NCBI RefSeq assembly: GCF_000023965.1
Contig: NC_013202.1
Location: forward strand, 480,001-512,000
Length of the DNA stretch: 32,000 bases
Source: Halomicrobium mukohataei DSM 12286
Lineage (GTDB): Archaea > Halobacteriota > Halobacteria > Halobacteriales > Haloarculaceae
Direction of reading: 5' to 3'
The notes below the pieces were generated by a model that worked only from the letters and a program-made list of their open reading frames with translations, ran no database searches and was not told the origin of the DNA. A program made the translations under genes and the position numbers. This document shows, piece by piece, positions 25,883 to 32,000 of the stretch (positions are counted from its first letter, which is position 1; each line of letters starts with the position of its first letter).

Positions 25883-27100
25883 TCAGTCCTCGCGCTGGAG
25901 GACCTCGACGCCGATCAGCGATGCCCCGGTGAGCGCGCGGATGTACGCCCCGCCCGCGATCGAGACGTGGCCGAAGTCGTCCTCGCTCATGCCGTACATC
26001 TCGATCGCCCGAGAGGTGTCGCCGCCACCGACCACCGAGAAGCAGTCGGTCTCGGCGATCGCTTCCAGCACCGACACGGTCCCGACGGAGAAGCGCTCTT
26101 CCTCGAAGACACCCAGCGCACCCTTCACGAAGACGGCCTCCGAGTCCCGGATCACGTCGGCGTAGCCCTCGGCGGTGTCGCTACCCACGTCCATGAACGA
26201 GACCGTCTTCTCGTCGATGTCGGCCACGTTCGTCTCGGCGCGGTCGCCGTCCTCGTCGGCGTAGGCCATGTCCGTCGCCAGCGTGATCTTCTCGCGGTTC
26301 TCTTCGAGGATCCGCTCGATCAGCTCGTGGTTGTCCGCCCACTGGGAGTCGTAGAGATCGAGGTCGGGATCGAGGTCGAAGCCCACGGGCGCGCCGTCGG
26401 CCCGCAAGAACAGTTCGCCCGCGATCCCGCCCAGCAGGAAGTCGTCGACCGTGTCGCCGAGGTGGTCCATCACGTCGATCACGTCGGTCGCCTTCGTCCC
26501 GCCGACGGCCATCGTCACCTGTCCGTCGAACTCCTTCTGTGCGATGGCGGTGTTTGCCTCGTACTCGGTCTCCATGACGCGGCCGGCGTACGCCGGGAGC
26601 ACGAGCGGGAAGCCCACCAGCGAGGCGTGCGAGCGGTGGGCCGCCGAGTAGGCGTCGTTGACGTATGCGTCGAACTCCGGGGCGAGCGTCCGGACGAACT
26701 CCGTCTCGGCCTTGACTTCGGGGTCTTCCTCGGGCAGTTCCTCGTCACACATCCGGGTGTTCTCCAGCAGGAGCACGTCGCCGCCGCCGAGGTCGTCGAT
26801 AGCGGCCAGCGCGTCCTCGCCGAAGGTGTCGGCGACGAAGTCCACGTCAGTGCCGATGTGTCCGCTCAGGATGTCGGCGTGCTGTTCGAGCGAGACGAAC
26901 GTGTCTCGACCGGGGCGGCCCTGGTGGGCCATCAGCACGGTCTCGAAGCCACGGTCGGCGAGTTCCCGAACCGTCTTCGCGTGGCGTTCGAACCGGCGGT
27001 TGTCCTGCACCGCGCCGTCCTCGACCGGCGAGTTCAGGTCGAGGCGGACGAGGACGCGCTGTCCGTCTGCGAGGTCGTCGAGCGTCTGGAACGCTGCCAT
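25883..27100 (-). CDS. pgk: phosphoglycerate kinase
   Basis: MAAFQTLDDLADGQRVLVRLDLNSPVEDG.. , ..VLMAHQGRPG.. and ..GGGDT.. are archaeal PGK signatures. Start at ATG 27100. Confidence 0.95.
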   Translation of the reverse strand: MAAFQTLDDLADGQRVLVRLDLNSPVEDGAVQDNRRFERHAKTVRELADRGFETVLMAHQGRPGRDTFVSLEQHADILSGHIGTDVDFVADTFGEDALAAIDDLGGGDVLLLENTRMCDEELPEEDPEVKAETEFVRTLAPEFDAYVNDAYSAAHRSHASLVGFPLVLPAYAGRVMETEYEANTAIAQKEFDGQVTMAVGGTKATDVIDVMDHLGDTVDDFLLGGIAGELFLRADGAPVGFDLDPDLDLYDSQWADNHELIERILEENREKITLATDMAYADEDGDRAETNVADIDEKTVSFMDVGSDTAEGYADVIRDSEAVFVKGALGVFEEERFSVGTVSVLEAIAETDCFSVVGGGDTSRAIEMYGMSEDDFGHVSIAGGAYIRALTGASLIGVEVLQRED

Positions 27101-27149
27101 ACGCGAGGAGAGAGGCGTCCGGGAGAAAAAACCGCCCGATCCGTCACAC

Positions 27150-27225
27150 ACTGTCGGCTGTCAGTCTGTGACGAATTTCGCGACCCCGTATCGCGAACCT
27201 CTCGAAACAGTGACAGCCGGCAGTA
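27150..27225. repeat. 76-nt imperfect palindromic element (copy B) directly after the stop codon of the 27226-28059 gene
   Basis: Minus-strand reading: TACTGCCGGCTGTCACTGTTTCGAGAGG-TTCGCGA-TACGGGG-TCGCGAA-..-TGACAGCCGACAGT. The outer stem is 13 bp and the inner hairpin 7 bp. Confidence 0.8.
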
Positions 27226-28059
27226 TCAGCGTGTGAGCTTCGCCTCGTGGTTCTCGTCGAGTTCGCGCAGTCGGTCGCCACACGAGCCACACTCCGCGGC
27301 GATCACCTCGTGGAGCCCACAGCAGGACTCGACGGTGTCTGCCGTCGTCGTGATCTGGCCGCCACACGCGGGACAGTCGTCCCCCAGCGTCCGTAGTTCC
27401 TCGCGGATGGTCGCGCGCTGTTCGACCGGCACGTCGGTCCAGCGGTCGGTCCACGCTGCCATCGCCGCGTCGGTCGCCACGTCCGCGAGCAGCGCGGCCT
27501 CGCTTGGCCACTTGCGAATCCGGTTGTCGATCTCGATGGCCGGGTAGTCGCGGTCCGTCGTCGCGACCGAATCGGGAGCGGCGTCGAACAGGGTCGCCAG
27601 CGTCGCCGGTTCCCGCAGCGAGTCGCGGTTGGCCTCGACGTGCTCGTCTCGCAGCGCCGCAAAGTCCTCGGTGAAGCGGTCGGTCCCGCCGTCACGAGCG
27701 ACGACGCCCTCGTCGGCGAGGAACCGTTCGGGGTCGACGGCGTTCTCGCGGTGCTGCTCGATCTTCTGGATCGTCTCCCACTCCTCGTCGTCCGCCTCGT
27801 GGTCGTCGAAGCGCGCGCGGATCGACTCGGGGAGGTACCGCTTGGTCAGCGTCGGGGTCCCGGGGACGAGATAGCCACGCAGGTAGATCGACACCAGCGA
27901 GAGGGCCAAGACCGCGACGCCGGCCAGCGGGACGACGACGCCGACGAGTGTGCTCGCCACGGCGGCGATGACGACGTTGACGGCGGTACAGGGGACACAG
28001 CGGTTCGGACCGGTGTACTCCGGCCGGCGGACGCGCTCGACCACGGAGAACTCTGTCAT
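27226..28059 (-). CDS. hypothetical membrane protein with a C-terminal Cys-rich Zn-ribbon-like motif
   Basis: Two N-terminal TM helices, an acidic middle, and a C-terminal ..CPACGG..SCCG..CGSCG.. . Confidence 0.72.
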   Translation of the reverse strand: MTEFSVVERVRRPEYTGPNRCVPCTAVNVVIAAVASTLVGVVVPLAGVAVLALSLVSIYLRGYLVPGTPTLTKRYLPESIRARFDDHEADDEEWETIQKIEQHRENAVDPERFLADEGVVARDGGTDRFTEDFAALRDEHVEANRDSLREPATLATLFDAAPDSVATTDRDYPAIEIDNRIRKWPSEAALLADVATDAAMAAWTDRWTDVPVEQRATIREELRTLGDDCPACGGQITTTADTVESCCGLHEVIAAECGSCGDRLRELDENHEAKLTR

Positions 28060-28099
28060 AGAGGGGATTGGTGGTCAGCCGTCAAAACTGGTCGGGCTC

Positions 28100-28630
28100 T
28101 CACCGCACGAGTCGGACGACACACTCGTCGGCGAGAGAATCCTCGTGACCGTCGACGTTGACGTGTGCGCCGAGGGCGTACTCGCCGGGATCGGCCGGCT
28201 CCCACTCGCGCTCTGTCACCCGGAATCGTCCGCTCCACTCGCCGGCAAACTGCTTGCGTTCGCCCCGCTCGAAGTGGAGTTTGCCCTCCTCGTCGGGCGG
28301 GTCGTACTGGTCGACGTGGGACGCTTCAGTGAGGCCCTCGACCGTCCAGGCCCACAGCACCGGGGACCGCGTCGTCAGCGTGATCGGGATCGGCAGCGCG
28401 TTTTTCATCGTCACGCGAAAGGGGATGGCACTCCCGAGTTCGTACTCGGCCTGGGGCGTCTCGATCGACAGTGAGATCGCCCAGCGGCGGATCGCCCTGG
28501 GGACGAGCCACCGGCTCAACAGGCCGCTGTTGACCGAGCGAGCCGACTGTGGTCGGTACTCGTCGTCATCGTCGTCCGGAGTAAAGGGGTCCACGTCGTC
28601 TGGCGGTCCCCCACCGAGCAGTCCGCGCAT
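28100..28630 (-). CDS. hypothetical protein with a probable Ig-like beta-sandwich
   Basis: 176-aa acidic ORF with high GC3. A T5 box lies 27-31 nt upstream of the ATG. I recognised no family. Confidence 0.65.
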   Translation of the reverse strand: MRGLLGGGPPDDVDPFTPDDDDDEYRPQSARSVNSGLLSRWLVPRAIRRWAISLSIETPQAEYELGSAIPFRVTMKNALPIPITLTTRSPVLWAWTVEGLTEASHVDQYDPPDEEGKLHFERGERKQFAGEWSGRFRVTEREWEPADPGEYALGAHVNVDGHEDSLADECVVRLVR

Positions 28631-28729
28631 CGACTGTACGGCGGGTCGGAACGAGCAAAAACCTTGGCGTCTCGGCCGCCGTCCAGTCGTGTCCGACCTC
28701 GACGGTCACCGCGCGGGCGGCCAGCGAGG

Positions 28730-30073
28730 TCAGTCGCCAGCGAGCTCGCCGTCACGGAGGACGGCCGGTGGATCCGGATAGTCGTCCTCGTACAGCAGAC
28801 AGGCGATCTGCTGGCCACCGCGGGTGTGAGTCAACGGCGGGTCCCGTCGTTCACAGGGCGACTCGAAGGCCTCCGCAGCACGGCTGCGTGCGCCGTCCAG
28901 ATCCGCCTGGGCCAGGTCGTCGACCAGATCGGACAGCACCGACTCGACCTGGGGGTCCCCGACCTGCTCGGGGAGCCCGAACTCCTCGCGGACGAGGCGG
29001 TCCAGTTCGTCCCGGCCAGCGTCGTGAGGATCGGTGTCCTCGTCGGCCGGGATCGCCGTCAGAGACTTCAGAGAGTCGGTCCCGGAGAGCCTGATCTTCA
29101 GGTCCATGACGGCACGCCACACGGACTGGTCGAGATCGTACTCGTCGGGCTGGATCACCCGCGGACACCGCGTGTGGAACCGACAGCCGCTCGGCGGGTC
29201 GATCGGCGACGGGACGCTGCCAGACAGCAGCGTCTGGTCTGCCTCCCACAGCGGGTCCGGTTCGGGAATCGCCGACAGCAGCGCTTCCGTGTAGGGGTGG
29301 TGTGGGGGGTTGAACACCGACTCGGTCGGCCCGACCTCGGCGACCTGGCCGAGGTACATCACCGCGATCCGATCCGAGATGTGTTCGACGACGCTGAGGT
29401 CGTGGGCGATGAAGACGTAGGAGAGCCCGAACTCCTCCTGGAGGTCTTCGAGCAGGTTCAGAATCTGGGCCTGGACGGACACGTCCAGCGCCGAGACGGG
29501 CTCGTCGCAGATGATGACCTCCGGATCGACCGCCAGCGCGCGCGCGATGCCGATCCGCTGGCGCTGACCCCCCGAGAACTCGTGGGGGTACCGGTTGGCG
29601 TGACTGGGGTTGAGCCCGACCGTCTCGAGGAGTTCGTAGATCCGCTCCATGCGAGCGTCGCCGCTGGCGATGTCGTGGATGTCCAGGGGCTCGCCGATGA
29701 TGTCTCCGACGGTCAGGCGCGGGTTCAGGCTCGAAAACGGGTCCTGAAAGATGTACTGGAGGTCGGTACGCAGCGATCGCAGCTTCGAGTTCGAGACCTC
29801 GGTGAGGTCGATCTCCTGTTGGCCGTCGTGGTAGTACACCGACCCCTCGGTGGGCTCGACGAGCTGGAGTATCGAGCGGCCCAGCGTCGTCTTCCCGCAG
29901 CCACTCTCACCGACGACACCCAGCGTCTCGCCGGCTTCGAGTTCGATATCGACTCCGTCGACGGCTCTGACCAGCTGTGGCTCGCCGAGCAGCCGGTCGA
30001 CGAAGCCCTCGTCGCTCTCGTAGTACTTCGTGAGCCCCTCGGTTCGGAGGATCGTTCTACTCACGCTGATCAC
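28730..30073 (-). CDS. Dpp/Opp-type ABC transporter ATP-binding protein (OppF/DppF-like) with an enlarged C-terminal region
   Basis: Walker [10 protein letters not shown], signature FSGGQRQR, Walker [13 protein letters not shown] and an oligopeptide C-terminal motif [14 protein letters not shown]. Confidence 0.9.
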   Translation of the reverse strand: MISVSRTILRTEGLTKYYESDEGFVDRLLGEPQLVRAVDGVDIELEAGETLGVVGESGCGKTTLGRSILQLVEPTEGSVYYHDGQQEIDLTEVSNSKLRSLRTDLQYIFQDPFSSLNPRLTVGDIIGEPLDIHDIASGDARMERIYELLETVGLNPSHANRYPHEFSGGQRQRIGIARALAVDPEVIICDEPVSALDVSVQAQILNLLEDLQEEFGLSYVFIAHDLSVVEHISDRIAVMYLGQVAEVGPTESVFNPPHHPYTEALLSAIPEPDPLWEADQTLLSGSVPSPIDPPSGCRFHTRCPRVIQPDEYDLDQSVWRAVMDLKIRLSGTDSLKSLTAIPADEDTDPHDAGRDELDRLVREEFGLPEQVGDPQVESVLSDLVDDLAQADLDGARSRAAEAFESPCERRDPPLTHTRGGQQIACLLYEDDYPDPPAVLRDGELAGD

Positions 30074-31124
30074 CCGGTGTGATCTGTGGTTCCTCGCCGT
30101 CGACTTCGACGGTGTAGTCCAGCCCGCCGGTCAGATCGTCCGTGTACTCCAGGCAGGCGGCGGCGTGTTCGCCCGGATCGCCGCTGGCCTCGTGGCCGGT
30201 CTCGGGATCGACGAGCACCGGGTCCTTGCGGGTGCAGGCCTCCTCCGCGTACGGACAGCGGGGGTGGAAGCTACAGCCCGTGGGAACGTCGACGAGGTCC
30301 GGCATCGTGCCGGGGATCGTCTGGAGGCGCTCTCGGGTGTCCCCGATCCGGGGAATCGAGCTCATCAGCCCGACCGAGTATGGGTGTTTCGGGTCGTAGT
30401 ACAGCTCCTCGACCGGTGCCTTCTCGACCGGGCGACCGCCGTACATCACCATCACGCGATCGCACACCTGTGCGATCACGCCGAGGTCGTGGGTGATCAG
30501 CTGGATCGACGTGTCGAACTCGTCGGCGAGGTCCTCGAGCTGGTCGAGGATCTTCGCCTCGATGGTCACGTCCAGGGCGGTCGTGGGCTCGTCGGCGATC
30601 AACAGGTCGGGATCACAGGACAGCGCCATCGCGATCACCGCTCGCTGTTGCATCCCGCCGGAGAACTCGTGGGGATAGTCCGAGTAGCGCGCTTCCGCCT
30701 CGGGGATCCCGACCTCGTCGAGGAGACGGATCGTCCGCTCTTTGGCCTCCTGTTCGCCGTAGTCGAGGTGGTGTCGGATCACCTCGGAGATCTGTTCCCC
30801 GACGGTGTAGACGGGGTTGAGCGCGGTCTGGGCGTCCTGGAAGATCATGGCGATCTCGTTGCCGCGGATCGATCGGACCCGCTCTTCGCTCATCTCCAGG
30901 AGGTCCTCGCCCTTGAACAGGATCTCGCCGCTCTCGATCTGGCCGGGGTCCTCGATCAGGCGCATCAGCGACATCGCGGTGACGCTCTTGCCGGCACCGC
31001 TCTCGCCGACGACGCCGAACTTCTCGCCGCGTTCGATCGTGTACGAGAGGTCGTCGACGGCCCTGACGACCCCCTCTTCCGTGTAGAAGTTCACGGTGAG
31101 GTCGTTGATCTCGACGAGGGCCAT
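30057..31124 (-). CDS. Dpp/Opp-type ABC transporter ATP-binding protein (OppD/DppD-like)
   Basis: Walker A GESGAGKS, signature FSGGMQQR, Walker [13 protein letters not shown] and C-terminal GCSFHPRCP. It overlaps the next gene by 17 nt. Confidence 0.92.
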   Translation of the reverse strand: MALVEINDLTVNFYTEEGVVRAVDDLSYTIERGEKFGVVGESGAGKSVTAMSLMRLIEDPGQIESGEILFKGEDLLEMSEERVRSIRGNEIAMIFQDAQTALNPVYTVGEQISEVIRHHLDYGEQEAKERTIRLLDEVGIPEAEARYSDYPHEFSGGMQQRAVIAMALSCDPDLLIADEPTTALDVTIEAKILDQLEDLADEFDTSIQLITHDLGVIAQVCDRVMVMYGGRPVEKAPVEELYYDPKHPYSVGLMSSIPRIGDTRERLQTIPGTMPDLVDVPTGCSFHPRCPYAEEACTRKDPVLVDPETGHEASGDPGEHAAACLEYTDDLTGGLDYTVEVDGEEPQITPGDQRE

Positions 31125-32000
31125 CAGTTACCGCCTCCCTGTTCGACGTCGACGTTGCTCTGGGCGTCCAGCGCGTCGTTGACGCCGTCACCGATCATGT
31201 TCATCGCCATCACGAAGATGAAGATGGCTCCACCGGGGAAGACGGTCGCCCACCACGGGATCGAACCGCCCGGCCCCTGGATGAGCGTCTCGCGGGTCGC
31301 GTCCAGCATCGTCCCCCACTCGGGGGTACCCGGCGGGAAGCCCAGACCGAGGAAGCCAAGCGCCGCCACGCCGATGACGACGGTCCCGATCGACAGCGAC
31401 GCCTGGACGATCAGGGGCGCGATGGCGTTGGGAACGATGTGTCTGAAGATCACCGACCGGTCACGAGCACCGAGCGCCTGGGCGGCCGTGACGTACTGGT
31501 TTTGCTTGACCGAGAGTATCTCACCGCGTATCAGCCGTGCGTAGCCGGCCCAGCCGGGGAAGGCGAAGGCCGCGACCAGTTGCCAGTAGCCACCGCCCAG
31601 AATGGCGATAATCACCAGCGCCAACACGAGCGCCGGGAAGGCAAAGACCGTGTCGACGATCCGCATCATGACCTCGTCGACCCAGCCGCCGTAGTAGCCC
31701 GCGACGGCACCGTAGACGAGCCCGAAGCCGGCAGTGATGAACACGACGACGAAGCCGATCGAGATGCTCGCGCGGCCGCCGACCATCACACGAGAGAACA
31801 TGTCTCGCCCCGAGGCGTCGGTCCCCATCGGATGGGCCAGCGACGGCGGGTCGTACGCCCCGACGTTCGAACCGGGTTCGAGAAAGAGACTCTTCTGGGG
31901 CTCGAAGGGTGCGAGCGAGATCGGCTGGACGGTGATGCCGGCGATCTCGACCGGCCGAGCGAACGTCGTCAACACCACCATGATCGCGACGACCGAGAGC
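31124..32000 (-). CDS. Dpp/Opp-type ABC transporter permease (DppC/OppC-like), 5' end outside the window
   Basis: ..HPMGTDASGRDMFSRV.. and the EAA-type loop ..YVTAAQALGARDRSVIFRHIVPNA.. . The reading frame stays open (..LSVVAIMVVL..) up to the window edge, so the ATG at 31981 is probably internal. Confidence 0.9.
   Translation of the reverse strand, partial: LSVVAIMVVLTTFARPVEIAGITVQPISLAPFEPQKSLFLEPGSNVGAYDPPSLAHPMGTDASGRDMFSRVMVGGRASISIGFVVVFITAGFGLVYGAVAGYYGGWVDEVMMRIVDTVFAFPALVLALVIIAILGGGYWQLVAAFAFPGWAGYARLIRGEILSVKQNQYVTAAQALGARDRSVIFRHIVPNAIAPLIVQASLSIGTVVIGVAALGFLGLGFPPGTPEWGTMLDATRETLIQGPGGSIPWWATVFPGGAIFIFVMAMNMIGDGVNDALDAQSNVDVEQGGGN

Overview
High-GC window with an acidic proteome and mostly leaderless genes (an A/T box about 28 nt upstream of the ATG), typical of a haloarchaeal (class Halobacteria) chromosome. 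The left third (190-9610, minus strand) is the conserved operon rpoH-rpoB''-rpoB'-rpoA'-rpoA''-nusA followed by rps12-rps7. Next come two identical tandem tRNA-Asp(GUC) genes, two small conserved genes, a crcB/crcB fluoride-channel pair, a membrane-anchored beta-sandwich protein and a CetZ tubulin-family gene. After these are two isoaspartyl methyltransferase paralogs, a Zn-ribbon protein, a Tat lipoprotein, an M29 aminopeptidase, type II GAPDH and a small phosphoesterase. The right end holds pgk, two hypothetical genes and the 3' part of a Dpp/Opp-type ABC operon. The only clearly accessory segment is about 5 kb (roughly 20.8-25.9 kb) lying between gap/phosphoesterase and pgk. It carries three same-strand genes, each behind its own AT-rich promoter: an APH-family kinase, a 669-aa Tat-signal protein and a multi-pass membrane protein. 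The 669-aa protein ends in a hydrophobic tail of about 75 aa with 8 Cys that resembles halocin C8. I consider this a candidate unusually large pro-halocin locus and the best lead in the window. Other observations: a structured palindromic element of about 70 nt in near-identical copies directly after the stop codons of gap and of an unrelated gene, with a related copy after nusA; a 37-bp duplication of the aminopeptidase 3' end; and a perfect TACT-N7-GAGTA (TrmB-type) palindrome in the gap promoter region. No CRISPR array, IS element, integrase or rRNA was seen. All functional calls rest on my reading of the translated ORFs and remembered family signatures. No database search was run.
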